Positions 29,629 to 39,461 of a stretch of DNA of 64,000 nt are shown here, piece after piece (position 1 is the stretch's first letter; the number at the start of each line of letters is the position of its first letter). Position numbers and translations under genes: made by a program. Source of the stretch: an uncultured Candidatus Rokubacteria bacterium (GTDB lineage: Bacteria; Methylomirabilota; Methylomirabilia; Rokubacteriales; DASRDR01); the NCBI GenBank assembly GCA_963805625.1, contig CAWDVE010000010.1, forward strand, positions 1,760,001-1,824,000, written 5' to 3'. The notes below the pieces were generated by a model. That model was not told where the DNA came from, searched no databases, and saw only the letters and a program-made list of their open reading frames with translations.

Positions 29629-30429
29629 CTATCGGGTGGCAGCCTTGATGGTCGGGAACGGGCCGTCGAAGAATGCCACGTTGTGGAACGCTTCGTTGAC
29701 CAGGGCCTCGGCGACAAGACGCGCCTGAGCACCGTCCCGACCGAAGACGACGATGCGGGTATTGTGATCCTCCATTGGGAGGCGACCGTCGTCCTTGGCC
29801 CGCTTCACCTCGCCAACGTCCTTTCCGGGCCTCAAGCCAGCGGCAGGCAACGTGCGGGCGCCGCTGATGGTCCCCGCTGAGAACTCCTCGCCACTCCTCG
29901 CGTCGAGGAACACGGCCGTCCGGTCGCTGGCGTGGACGTACGTGACTCCCTCGAGCCGGATCTGCGTGAGGCCGCCGAGCGCTCGCCAGACGGGAATGCC
30001 GAGTTGGTACCGGCGCACGCTGGTGAAGCCCGCGCCGAGAAGCTCCTCGGACAGGCGCTTGCTCTTACCGCAGTAAGGGCCGTTGCAGTACAGCACGAGC
30101 GACTTCGTCCGGTCGCCGCCGACCAGCCGCTCGATCTCTCGGACGTCCGACACGTAGACGGACATCGGGACGTCCGGCTTCGCGGACACGTTGAGCGCGC
30201 CGGGAATGTGGCTCACCGCATACTCCATGAACGGCCGCGCGTCGAGCACGAGACTGCTCTGGGCGCCGAGGACCTGCCTGAGCTCCTCGGTAGAGACCTC
30301 GGCCGTCTTCTGGTTGGGCTCCAGCAACGTTCCCTGGAATACGCTGAGGCCCGACTGAGCCGGAGCGATCGAGGTCACGAGGAGAGACGTGACCAGCACG
30401 GGGACGCTGGCTGTCCAAATCCTGTCCAT
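29629..30429 (-). CDS. Secreted tandem rhodanese-domain protein
   Basis: Signal peptide; LDARP...SHIPGALN; LYCNGPYCGKS; a second LDAR domain. Confidence 0.85.
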   Translation of the reverse strand: MDRIWTASVPVLVTSLLVTSIAPAQSGLSVFQGTLLEPNQKTAEVSTEELRQVLGAQSSLVLDARPFMEYAVSHIPGALNVSAKPDVPMSVYVSDVREIERLVGGDRTKSLVLYCNGPYCGKSKRLSEELLGAGFTSVRRYQLGIPVWRALGGLTQIRLEGVTYVHASDRTAVFLDARSGEEFSAGTISGARTLPAAGLRPGKDVGEVKRAKDDGRLPMEDHNTRIVVFGRDGAQARLVAEALVNEAFHNVAFFDGPFPTIKAATR

Positions 30430-30565
30430 CCGTACCTCCCTTTCATGCGGCGTTGTCCCACGTCCGGGCGGCCTTGGAACGGGCATGCCCGCGACGAGTC
30501 AAGGCCACGTGGATGGCGGAAAAAACTGAAATACATAACACGCCGTATTGATATAATTTCTGGTT

Positions 30566-31744
30566 ATGGACCTGGAAGCGCGGCTCCGTGCGTTCGCGGC
30601 CTTCGCGCGATGTCGTTCGTTCTCGGCGGCCGCGCAGGAGCTCCGCATCAGTCAACCCGCTGTCTCCAAGCACGTCGCCGACGTCGAGCGTTACGCCGGT
30701 GTGCAGCTCGTCGAGCGCCGTCCCCGTGGTGGCGATCTCACCCCCGCCGGCGAGTTCGTTGCCAATCACGTGCTCCGCGCCCAAGCCCTCTTGGCGCAGA
30801 CCGCCCGCGGCATCGCCCAGTTCCGTGAGCCCGCCACCGGATCCTTGACGATCGTCGCGTCGGGTGTCCCGGGCACCTACCTATTGCCGGAGGTCGTCGC
30901 GAGGTTTCAGCGCGCCCATCCCGGCGTGCGAGTGAGCATTGAGCTAGCGACATCCGCGAAAGCGGTGGAATCGCTGCGCTCGCATCGCGCCGAGCTCGGA
31001 GTGGTCGGCGGCTTTGCCGCCGCGCCCGAGATCGAATCGGAGCCGCTCGTGGAGGACAAGATCGTCGTCGTGGGGCCCCCGCAGCTCGCTCGCCGGACGC
31101 TGTCGCGGAAGCATGCGGAATCGATGACGTGGATCTCGAGAGAGGAGGGATCGGCCTCTCGAGCGTCGATCGAGGCAGCCTGGGCCGATTCCGGCATCAC
31201 CCCGAGTCGACGTCTCGAGCTCCCATCCTGGGAGGCGGTGAAGCTGGCCGTGTCCCGTGGTGATGGCGTGGCCGGGTGCAGCCGATTCGCGGTCGAAGGT
31301 GAGCTGCGCACCGGCTCCCTCGCGCTCGTTCGGCTTCGGGGCTGGAATGTTCGGCGGACGATCTCCATCATCCGGCTCCGGGATGCTACGTCTACGCCGT
31401 CGGCGCGCGAATTCCTGACGATGCTGCACGCGCAGTGGGGTCGCAAGCCGTCAGGACGAGCACACCGGCCTCCGGATCGCACCCCTCCCGGAGATTCAGG
31501 CTGGGCAGTGACGGCCCGCATGGTCCCGCCCGCCAGCTCTGACCGCATCTCTTACTGGGCGGACCACGCCGTCCACGAGCCTATCGGGCTCGCGATGCAC
31601 GGTTCACAGCGTGTCGCCTACGAGCGGACCGTCGCAGCGACGCGCGTCGCGTTGGGCGAGGAGCGCTTCGCGGCGACTTGGGCACAGGGGAAGGCGATGA
31701 CCACGGAACAAGCTGTCGAGTACGCCCTCTCGGCCGCCGATTGA
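30566..31744 (+). CDS. LysR-family regulator with an atypical C-terminal extension
   Basis: SFSAAAQELRISQPAVSKHV HTH; divergent from the rhodanese gene; about 95 extra aa. Confidence 0.85.
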   Translation: MDLEARLRAFAAFARCRSFSAAAQELRISQPAVSKHVADVERYAGVQLVERRPRGGDLTPAGEFVANHVLRAQALLAQTARGIAQFREPATGSLTIVASGVPGTYLLPEVVARFQRAHPGVRVSIELATSAKAVESLRSHRAELGVVGGFAAAPEIESEPLVEDKIVVVGPPQLARRTLSRKHAESMTWISREEGSASRASIEAAWADSGITPSRRLELPSWEAVKLAVSRGDGVAGCSRFAVEGELRTGSLALVRLRGWNVRRTISIIRLRDATSTPSAREFLTMLHAQWGRKPSGRAHRPPDRTPPGDSGWAVTARMVPPASSDRISYWADHAVHEPIGLAMHGSQRVAYERTVAATRVALGEERFAATWAQGKAMTTEQAVEYALSAAD

Positions 31745-31856
31745 TTGCGCCACGTCAATTCAGGAACCGGCCTCCTCTGGCTCTCCGCGCAAGGCCACCG
31801 ATCCCGTAGAGTCCTCCGTGATAGACTGCGGGAGCACGTAAGATGAGCCAGGTGAG

Positions 31857-32087
31857 TTGATCATGACCAAGAGCGTATTCACCGCCATCCTCGAGCGGGA
31901 AGGCGACGTCTATGTCGCGCTGTGCCCCGAACTAGATATCGCCAGCCAAGGGGCGACGATCGAAGAGGCCACCGCGAACCTCCGGGAAGCAGTAGCCTTG
32001 TTCCTGGAGTCGGCCGACTCCCGAGAGATCACCCACCGGTTGCGGTCTGGCGTATTCGTGACGACGTTTGACGTCGTCGATGGGTAG
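31857..32087 (+). CDS. hicB: HicB-like antitoxin, second copy
   Basis: Near-identical to 9532-9762. Confidence 0.85.
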   Translation: MIMTKSVFTAILEREGDVYVALCPELDIASQGATIEEATANLREAVALFLESADSREITHRLRSGVFVTTFDVVDG

Positions 32088-32326
32088 ACTGCGGGTCCTC
32101 TCGGTAGACTGCGGGTCCTCTCCGGCCGCGAAGCCTGCCGCATCCGGAGCAACACGGATTCACCGAGGTTCGGTGCCGAGGAAGCCACATTGTCATGCAG
32201 CGCCGAACCTCCGAGGGCACGACTACGGTTCCGGTCCCGAACCACGCCGAACTCGCCATCGGAACTCTGGCGTCAATCATCCGCCAGAGCGGCGCGCCTC
32301 GCGCGGCGTTCGAGTCGCCGGAGTAG
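32080..32326 (+). pseudogene. hicA: HicA toxin, inactivated by a 20-bp tandem duplication and a 1-nt deletion
   Basis: GGTAGACTGCGGGTCCTCTC at 32083-32102 and 32103-32122; CATCCGGAG here vs CATCCTGGAG in the first copy. Confidence 0.8.
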
Positions 32327-32490
32327 CTCTCAGCTGTCACGCCTCCCTTCCTGGGGTAGCGACGGAGGATCCGGTGTCCTCACGAGATGCCTCCAAAGCC
32401 GAGGGCACCCGATGTGACCCCCGAGGCCACCGGCCCCGCAGGCGAGACGTACGAGTCGCGGGCCTTGGGGCCGCACTCCATTTCCGTCGT

Positions 32491-32518
32491 TGACGTCCAG
32501 CCTCGAGGCTGGACGTCA
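32491..32518. repeat. Perfect 28-bp palindrome in the element arm
   Basis: TGACGTCCAGC-CTCGAG-GCTGGACGTCA; degenerate homolog at 7702-7731. Confidence 0.85.
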
Positions 32519-32622
32519 CCAGGTCAAGGAAACTGCCCAACGAGTTCCGTCTGCACTGGATCCCTTGGGAGGCATGGACGAAACTCGGTGTGAACGCGCC
32601 CACAAGGGCAGCATCGACGCGA

Positions 32623-32655
32623 ACGCGGGGCTGCAGGAGCCCTGCAACCCCGCGT
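32623..32655 (-). terminator. Hairpin immediately downstream of the tRNA
   Basis: ACGCGGGGCTGCAGG-AGC-CCTGCAACCCCGCGT; analogous hairpins precede all three att repeats. Confidence 0.6.
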
Positions 32656-32661
32656 CGTCGT

Positions 32662-32736
32662 TGGAGCGGGCGACCGGAATCGAACCGGCGACGTCCAGCT
32701 TGGGAAGCTGGCATTCTGCCGCTGAATTACGCCCGC
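32662..32736 (-). tRNA. tRNA-Gly(CCC)
   Basis: GCGGGCGTAATTCAGCGGCAGAATGCCAGCTTCCCAAGCTGGACGTCGCCGGTTCGATTCCGGTCGCCCGCTCCA: 75 nt, cloverleaf, CCC anticodon, encoded CCA. Confidence 0.97.
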
Positions 32737-32746
32737 ATCTGACTGG

Positions 32747-32776
32747 AGTCTAGTCAGCGGCCCCACGCTCTGTCAA
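32747..32776 (-). promoter_or_regulatory. Sigma70 promoter of tRNA-Gly
   Basis: TTGACA-N18-TAGACT. Confidence 0.7.
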
Positions 32777-32880
32777 TGGCTCGGGACCCTCAATAGCATG
32801 CGCTCCCCCGCCGGCCCGCCTGAGTTCGGCGGTGGCGCTCGCAAGTGAGAACGCGGTCCGACAGGCGCTCGATCCGGAGG

Positions 32881-34368
32881 TCAGCCGTATTCCTCGGGAG
32901 ATGATGCCCGCGCGAGCCAGGCGAGGGCCTCGTCCCGCGTCCTTACCAGACCGAGCGCCTGGGCCTCGCGGACCTGGCGGAGCACCCGACCCACGGGCGG
33001 TCCCGGCGGAAGCCCCAGCGCAGCCATGACGTCGTCACCCCGGACCAGGGGCGGCTCGGCCGCCTCACGGGCCGCGGGCCCCTCACCCGCCAGGAGCGAC
33101 TCCAGCAGCGTCCGGGTCGCACCCCGGTAGACCAGACCTGGGGCGCGACCGTCCGTCCCCGCAGCGTCGGCGATGGTGAGGCAGACGAGCGCGGGCACCT
33201 CCTCGGCGACATCGCGGTGGAACCGGTAGCGCGCACGCCGGGTCACCTCATCCAGCATCCCGAGGTGCATCGGCCGAAGGTGGTGGCGGACGAGTCGCGC
33301 CAGCACCTCCGTCGCGCGACCCGGCCAGCGAAGCCGCGCCGCGATGGCAGAGACCCGCTCGGCGCCAAGCCGGTCGTGGCCGATGAACCGGGTGCGCCCG
33401 GCGGCGTCGACGCTCCGCGTCTCCGGCTTGGCCACGTCGTGGAGCAGCACGGCCAGCTTCCACACCTCACGGCGGGTGAGGCTGCTTCCCATCGGCTCCT
33501 CGAACGACGCGGCGGCGCGCGCGTCGTGGGGCGCCAGGAGGGTCAGATCGCCGAGTAGCGCGTCGGCGGCCTCGAGCGACCGGAGCGAGTGCTCCCACAC
33601 GGTGAAGCGGTGGGGAGCGGACTGGGTCGCCTCGCGCATCGCCTGGACCTCGGGAAGGATCACGCGGAGGACGGACCACGCATCGGCTTGGCGGATAGCG
33701 GGCGCGCTCCGGGGCACCCGGAGGATGCGGGTGAGCTCCTCGCGAACACGCTCGGGCGCGACCGAGGCGAGCGCCGGCACCGCCGCCCGTGCCAGTGCCT
33801 CCGTTTCCGGCTCGATGCCGAAGTCGAGCTGGTGGCCGAGCCGTAGGACCCGGAGGACGCGCACGGGGTCGTCGGCGAACGCCGTCGTCCGGCACGCACG
33901 GAGCCGCCGGAGGACGAGATCGCCAAGACCGCCGGTGGGGTCCTGGATCGCCGCGGGTCCGCGAAGCAGCGCGTGGAGGTCGACGGCGAGCGCATCGACG
34001 GTGACGTCGCGCCCGGCCAGGTCAGCCTCGAGACTCGGTCCCCGGAAGTCGGTCAGGTCGACCTGGACGGGCGGCGGCCCGGCCAGGACCGCGCGCGCCA
34101 TGCCGTGCGGCTCGCCGAGCGGAACGAACGCGCCTCCGAGCCGATCCGCGAGGCGGCGAGCCGCCGCACCGCTCCCGTCCGGGAGGGCGAGGTCGACGTC
34201 GTGAAGCGGCCGCGCGAGCACGAGGTCCCGGACGACGCCGCCGACCAGCCACACGGGTCCGCCGACCGTCTCGGCGACAGCCGCGAGCAACGGCCGCATC
34301 GGATCGAGAGGCCCGAGCGTCACGAACGTCATCGATGCCAGCGATGCAGGTTTGGCCCGGCGTGGCAT
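32881..34368 (-). CDS. tRNA nucleotidyltransferase / poly(A) polymerase family protein with HD domain
   Basis: VGGVVRD, DVDL, RDVTVDALA, DDPVRVLR, LLHDVAKP; start may be about 12 codons later. Confidence 0.88.
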   Translation of the reverse strand: MPRRAKPASLASMTFVTLGPLDPMRPLLAAVAETVGGPVWLVGGVVRDLVLARPLHDVDLALPDGSGAAARRLADRLGGAFVPLGEPHGMARAVLAGPPPVQVDLTDFRGPSLEADLAGRDVTVDALAVDLHALLRGPAAIQDPTGGLGDLVLRRLRACRTTAFADDPVRVLRVLRLGHQLDFGIEPETEALARAAVPALASVAPERVREELTRILRVPRSAPAIRQADAWSVLRVILPEVQAMREATQSAPHRFTVWEHSLRSLEAADALLGDLTLLAPHDARAAASFEEPMGSSLTRREVWKLAVLLHDVAKPETRSVDAAGRTRFIGHDRLGAERVSAIAARLRWPGRATEVLARLVRHHLRPMHLGMLDEVTRRARYRFHRDVAEEVPALVCLTIADAAGTDGRAPGLVYRGATRTLLESLLAGEGPAAREAAEPPLVRGDDVMAALGLPPGPPVGRVLRQVREAQALGLVRTRDEALAWLARASSPEEYG

Positions 34369-34412
34369 CGTGCGGGGCGGGGTCGCCGGGCGGCGGGGCG
34401 AGCCGCCGGCGG

Positions 34413-34913
34413 TTACCGCGCGACCTTGAACTCCTTCACGAGCGCGGCGTCGAACTCACTCGACGGCGTGTCGTCGAAGCTGAGCTTCCCGGCCAGGCGC
34501 TTGGGCTCGTCGGCGCCGGACTCGAGCGCGGCCGGCCGCTGCGCGCCGGAGTGCTGGATCTTCTGGCCGTTGATCGCCATCCAGTAGTTGAGGCGCGGGC
34601 CACCGTCGATGTCCACGACCAGGCCCTCGGTGACCTCACCGTCGGTACAGCTCATCGTCTGGCAGGCGCGCATCTTGGCCCCCAGGTCCGTCCCCGACAG
34701 GATGAGTCGCCGCACCATCTTCTTGGTGTCGACCGCATCCGGTCCGGTGACGAGGTAAGCATGCGTGAGTGTCACCACCCTGCCCTTGTGGCTGAGCGTT
34801 CCCTTCGCCTCGCCGGGAGCCCCTGGCTTCCGGAGGGGAGCGCGACCGACAGGGTCACGATCAGGCCCATCACCGCGAGACCGGAGCACCCAGGGATGCG
34901 ACTCATGCACCAT
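34413..34913 (-). CDS. Hypothetical, probably exported protein; N-terminus possibly frameshifted
   Basis: Protein-like from AKGTLSHKG onward; a hydrophobic signal (LAVMGLIVTLSVAL) lies in the overlapping frame 34772-34963. Confidence 0.5.
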   Translation of the reverse strand: MVHESHPWVLRSRGDGPDRDPVGRAPLRKPGAPGEAKGTLSHKGRVVTLTHAYLVTGPDAVDTKKMVRRLILSGTDLGAKMRACQTMSCTDGEVTEGLVVDIDGGPRLNYWMAINGQKIQHSGAQRPAALESGADEPKRLAGKLSFDDTPSSEFDAALVKEFKVAR

Positions 34914-35511
34914 CCTTCATCGGAGCGATCAATGGTACGGACGAACCAAAGGCGTGGGCTCATGGTACCAACCCGCCCTCTGCCGGTAAAGGATCCGGCA
35001 TGGAGCCGCAGGTCAATCGGTAGCGCGCCGACCCGGGGCGCCGAGTCGCGTCCCTGCCCAGGATGGAACCGCTACCGTCCGCGCCGAAAATGCAGGGGCC
35101 CCCCACGTATCCCAAGCGGCTCAGTCGGGCAAGTACGGCCAGCGTGGAGGCCGTGAGCAACAGACGACGCTCGATGACGATCACGCAGTCGGGACGGATC
35201 CACCCGCGTCCCGGCGAGTACGGCTGAAGTCCAGCGTGCGTTCAGCCGCTGGTTGAGCGGTCCAGGGCGGCGGCATCGCGTCAGCCTCAACTTCGTGCGG
35301 TACCACCTGGCCCGGATCCGCCGGTCCGCGTCCGGCGCTCGGATCGGCGTGGAGCTGGATGACCGACGGGCAGGTGCGGGTCTTCCAGAGGGTCTGCGAG
35401 GAGCCGGCCATGCTGAGCCATTGGACCGTCCTCACCCCACGCTGCGGTCCCGCGCTGCGGCGCTGGGCGAGAGACGAGCCCCTGTAGGGGGGGGTCCGCC
35501 GGCTCCGTCGC

Positions 35512-37542
35512 TCAGGCCGAGGGCGCGACGATGCCACCGCCGCGGCCCGGCCGCTCGAGGTCGAGGAGCTGCGCCTCGACGAGCGTTCGGTAGGGCGCGC
35601 TCCGTCCGAGCAGCTCGGCGTGGCGGCCCTGGTCGACGACGCGGCCGCGCTCCAGCAGCACGATGAGGTCCGCGTGCGCCACGGTGCTGAGGCGATGGGC
35701 GATGACGAACACGGTACGCCCCCGCATGAGTGACGCGAGACTCCGGTGGACCAGGCGCTCGCTCGCCGCGTCGAGCTCGCTCGTGGCCTCGTCGAGGATG
35801 AGTATTCGGGGATCGGTGAGGAGCGCCCGCGCGATGGCGAGCCGCTTTCGCTGTCCGCCGCTCAGGCGCACTCCGCGCTCGCCGACGAGCGTCTCGTAGC
35901 CGTCGTCCATCTCCTCGATGAACCTCGCGGCCAGCGCCGCCTCCGCCGCCCGGGCGATCGCCTCCGGAGAGGCGTCGCGAACGCCGTAAGCGATGTTCTC
36001 GGCGATCGTCCCCTCGAACAGGAAGACGTCCTGCTCGACCACCCCGACGAGCCGCCGGTAGCACTGCAGGTCGAACTTCCTGATGTCGACCCCGTCGAGC
36101 TCGACCAGGCCCTCGCTGGGGTCCTGGAAGCGTGCGATCACGTCGCAGAGAGTCGATTTGCCCGCTCCGCTCGGGCCAACCAACGCGACGACGTGGCCGG
36201 CCGGGATCTCCAGGGTGACGCCCTGGATGGCCGGGAGTCGCCGGCCAGGATACTGGAAGCTCACCCGCCGCAGCGTGAATCGGCCGGCAACCTCCTCCGG
36301 GCGGGACGCCAGCGTGCCGGTGGCGCCCGGGAACTCCGGCTCCTCCTCCAGGACGTCGAGGACGCGGTCGAGCGCGGCGAGGCCATTCTGGGCCCCGCTC
36401 GCCGCGCTCGCGAGCACGCCGAGCGGCTCGAGCAGCATGGCGAGGTAGAAGAGGAAGGTCACCAGATTGCCGGTCGTGAAGGCCTCGGCCGGGTCCAGGA
36501 CCCCCGCGGCAACTCCCGCGGCGTCGCTGAGGATACGGCTGGCGCCGTACCAGACCAGGATCGCGACTACCAGAGGGCTCAACAGCGACCAGGCGACGTC
36601 CACCGCGGTGCTCATCCACCATACGAGCATCTCCTGCCTGAGGTTCACGTGCTGGTCGCGCGCGTCCCGGGCCGCTTCCGTGCGCTGACGGCCGAAGCCC
36701 CGGATCACCCGGATCCCGGCAAACACCTCGGTGACATGCGCGTCGATGCGGCGGCGAAGCAGCCGGGCGTCCCGCCACACAGGGCGCATCTGCCGGATCC
36801 ACCGGCGGTGGGCAACGTACACGAGAGGAAGCAAGGGGCCGGTGAAGGCAAGGACCCGCCACTCGATGAAACCGAGGGCCACCACCGTTCCGAGGAGCTG
36901 GATCAGCGCCCGCCAGGGCTGATAGAGCATGACGGCGAGCAGGCCGGCGGAGGCGCCCACATCCTCTCGCAGGAGGCTCGCCAGCCCGCCAGACTGGTAC
37001 GCGCGCAGTCGGGGCAGCGGCAGCCGGATCGCGTGTGCGAAGACCCGGCGGCGAAGCCTGGACTGAAGCCGGCGGTTCGCAAGGGCGGTGAGGTAGCGAC
37101 CCCACGTGCCGATGGCCGCCGACGCCACGGCCACGGCGACGAGGACGACGGCGATCGTCGCCAGCAGCTTGCCGGAGGTCGCCGGCAGGCCGATCCTCCT
37201 GAGGACGTCGGGCATCGGACGATGACCGAGCACGTGGTCCAGGACGAAGCCCGTCACCGCCGGAGGGATCAGCCGGAGCGCGGCGGCGATCGTGACGGCC
37301 GCGAGTGACACGGCAATCCTCGAGCGAACGCCGCCGAGGAGCGTCCAGAACACACGGATCAGCTCGCCCACCGAGCGATGCCGGGGCTGACCGCGACGCG
37401 AGCCGGTGCCCCGCCCGCCCTCGGTCGCATGGGCCGCGAGGGCTCGGCGGTAGTCGCGATAGCGGAGCCCACTCCCCCGACGTGCGCTGCTCACGAGAGG
37501 CGGAGTCCGTTCACGCGAGGTCAGTGACGGGAACGCGGCCAT
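35512..37542 (-). CDS. ABC exporter, fused TMD + ATPase
   Basis: GPSGAGKST, LSGGQRKRL, ILDEATS, IAHRLST; start uncertain. Confidence 0.88.
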   Translation of the reverse strand: MAAFPSLTSRERTPPLVSSARRGSGLRYRDYRRALAAHATEGGRGTGSRRGQPRHRSVGELIRVFWTLLGGVRSRIAVSLAAVTIAAALRLIPPAVTGFVLDHVLGHRPMPDVLRRIGLPATSGKLLATIAVVLVAVAVASAAIGTWGRYLTALANRRLQSRLRRRVFAHAIRLPLPRLRAYQSGGLASLLREDVGASAGLLAVMLYQPWRALIQLLGTVVALGFIEWRVLAFTGPLLPLVYVAHRRWIRQMRPVWRDARLLRRRIDAHVTEVFAGIRVIRGFGRQRTEAARDARDQHVNLRQEMLVWWMSTAVDVAWSLLSPLVVAILVWYGASRILSDAAGVAAGVLDPAEAFTTGNLVTFLFYLAMLLEPLGVLASAASGAQNGLAALDRVLDVLEEEPEFPGATGTLASRPEEVAGRFTLRRVSFQYPGRRLPAIQGVTLEIPAGHVVALVGPSGAGKSTLCDVIARFQDPSEGLVELDGVDIRKFDLQCYRRLVGVVEQDVFLFEGTIAENIAYGVRDASPEAIARAAEAALAARFIEEMDDGYETLVGERGVRLSGGQRKRLAIARALLTDPRILILDEATSELDAASERLVHRSLASLMRGRTVFVIAHRLSTVAHADLIVLLERGRVVDQGRHAELLGRSAPYRTLVEAQLLDLERPGRGGGIVAPSA

Positions 37543-37840
37543 CACCGGCCGGCAAGCGTGAGGAGGGGCAGAGGGGTCTGTTTCTCGACCGCATGCGGCG
37601 TCGTCATGATTGTACGACACCGTGAGGATCGCTTGCGGGGACTCGGTAAGCGGAGAGGTGGCAGAGCGACATGCCGCCAAGGGATCTGGCTCGAGGCGGT
37701 GAGTGTGTCCCGTCTCTGCCCCGCACCGGAGGGGTGAACACTCGGGCGGCAGAGGCGCGGTCCGGCAGCTTGCCGCGCGCCGTCGGACACTCGATAATCG
37801 CAGGCGTGGGCAGCGAGCAGTCGTGCTCGGAGGGCATCTG

Positions 37841-38617
37841 ATGGGGCGGGGGTTCGCTCTGCACGCCGGGGTGGCGCCCGAGGTGATCCGCGTGGCCGCC
37901 CGCGAGGCCGAGGCGGCGGGATACGACTCCTTCTGGGTGAACTACCCCGGGCCGGTCGACGGGCTGGCTTCGCTCGCCCTGGCTGCCGCCGAGACCACGC
38001 GCATCATGCTCGGCGTGGGCGTCGTGCCCTTGCACACGCACGGCCCGGACCGCATTCTCGCGGATCTCCGGGCGCATGCGCTTCCCGTCGATCGCCTCCT
38101 GCTCGGGGTCGGAAGCCCGAATCCGGGATCGCTGGCGCGCGTCCGGACGGGGATCGCGGCACTCCGAGCTCAGCTCCCGGCGCGGCTCGTCGTCGCCGCC
38201 CTGGGCCCGCGTATGTGCCGCCTCGCCGGAGAGGTGGCGGACGGTGTGCTTTTCAACTGGCTGACGCCGGCCCACGCGCTCACGTCGGCCGAATGGGTCC
38301 GGGCCGGCGCAGCGGCAACGGGACGGGCCACCCCGCGGCTCTACGCATACGTGCGAGTCGCCGTCGGAACGACGGGCGCCGCGCGCCTCGAGGAGGAGGG
38401 ACAGCGCTACCTGGCCATCCCCGCCTACGCGGCCCACTTTGCGCGAATGGGCGTGCCGCCGGTCGCCACCGCGGTCGCCGCCGCGACCGGCGCCGCCGTG
38501 CCCGCCGCGCTCGCCCGCTGGGAGCAGGCGGTCGACGGCGTCGTGGTGCGGGCCATCACGGCGCGGGACACCATCGACGAGACGCTGGCGCTGGTTCAGG
38601 CCGCGCGGCCCCGCTAG
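37841..38617 (+). CDS. LLM-class (luciferase-like) flavin oxidoreductase
   Basis: AEAAGYDSFW, TTRIMLGVGV, AALGPRMCRLAGEVADG. Confidence 0.85.
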   Translation: MGRGFALHAGVAPEVIRVAAREAEAAGYDSFWVNYPGPVDGLASLALAAAETTRIMLGVGVVPLHTHGPDRILADLRAHALPVDRLLLGVGSPNPGSLARVRTGIAALRAQLPARLVVAALGPRMCRLAGEVADGVLFNWLTPAHALTSAEWVRAGAAATGRATPRLYAYVRVAVGTTGAARLEEEGQRYLAIPAYAAHFARMGVPPVATAVAAATGAAVPAALARWEQAVDGVVVRAITARDTIDETLALVQAARPR

Positions 38618-38750
38618 CGCGCCCGGGCTGGCTCCGTCACGGCGCGACCCCGTGATCGCGCCCCGCAGCGTCATGCATCGTCTCGCGGCGCCCGGACCCC
38701 TTTCCACTTCGCCCCGTCTGGGCGAAGATGCCTCCTCGAGGGGAGCACCC

Positions 38751-39461
38751 ATGTCGGATCCCGGTGACCAGCGCCTCCCGTTCGGCTCGGACGACCTGCG
38801 CTTGCCCGACGCGCTCCGCGGCCCGCTGCGGGCGCACCTCGCCGCCCTGCGCGAGCGCTACCGGCGACGCGGCTGGGGCGGTCCCGTCGGGGTCGGACGG
38901 CGCCCCGCCCTGGTCGTCATCGACCTCGCGCTGGCCTGGACGGACCAGCGGCGCCCGGAGGTCGGGAGCGCCGTCGATTCCGTCGTGGAGGCCACCACGC
39001 GCGTCCTGGCCGCGGCCCGGGCTGCCGGAGTCTTCACGGTCTTCACTACGTGGGCGTACGACCCGGCCGCCCCGCCATCGCCGCACGACGCCAAGAATGC
39101 GCTCCACGTCGGCCCCGGCGACGAGAAGCTCCTGGAGCTCGACCCACGGATCGAGCGACGCCCGACCGAGCTGCTCCTCCGGAAGCGTTACGCGTCCGCC
39201 TTCAAGGGTACGAACCTCCACGAGATGCTCGCCGGGCAGGGGATCGACACGCTGGTCGTCACCGGGCTCAGCACGAGCCACTGCGTCTACGCCACGTGCC
39301 GGGACGCCACCGACAGCTTCCGGGTCATCGTGCCGCGCGAGGCGGTGGGGGAGCGTTGCGAGCTCTTCCACGAGGTCAACTTGCTCGACATCGAGCTGGA
39401 TCTCGGCGACGTCGTGCCAGTCGATGAGGTGATCCGCTATCTGGCTGGGGTCAGGCCTTGA
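38751..39461 (+). CDS. Isochorismatase-family hydrolase
   Basis: PALVVID, KRYASAFKGT, STSHCVYAT. Confidence 0.85.
   Translation: MSDPGDQRLPFGSDDLRLPDALRGPLRAHLAALRERYRRRGWGGPVGVGRRPALVVIDLALAWTDQRRPEVGSAVDSVVEATTRVLAAARAAGVFTVFTTWAYDPAAPPSPHDAKNALHVGPGDEKLLELDPRIERRPTELLLRKRYASAFKGTNLHEMLAGQGIDTLVVTGLSTSHCVYATCRDATDSFRVIVPREAVGERCELFHEVNLLDIELDLGDVVPVDEVIRYLAGVRP

Larger units (their letters stand above)
19777..32661. mobile_element. Integrase-less cargo segment 3 (respiratory complex, IS, LysR/rhodanese, hicBA), adjacent to the intact tRNA
   Basis: Bounded by the intact tRNA 3' end and its repeat at 19732. Confidence 0.7.
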
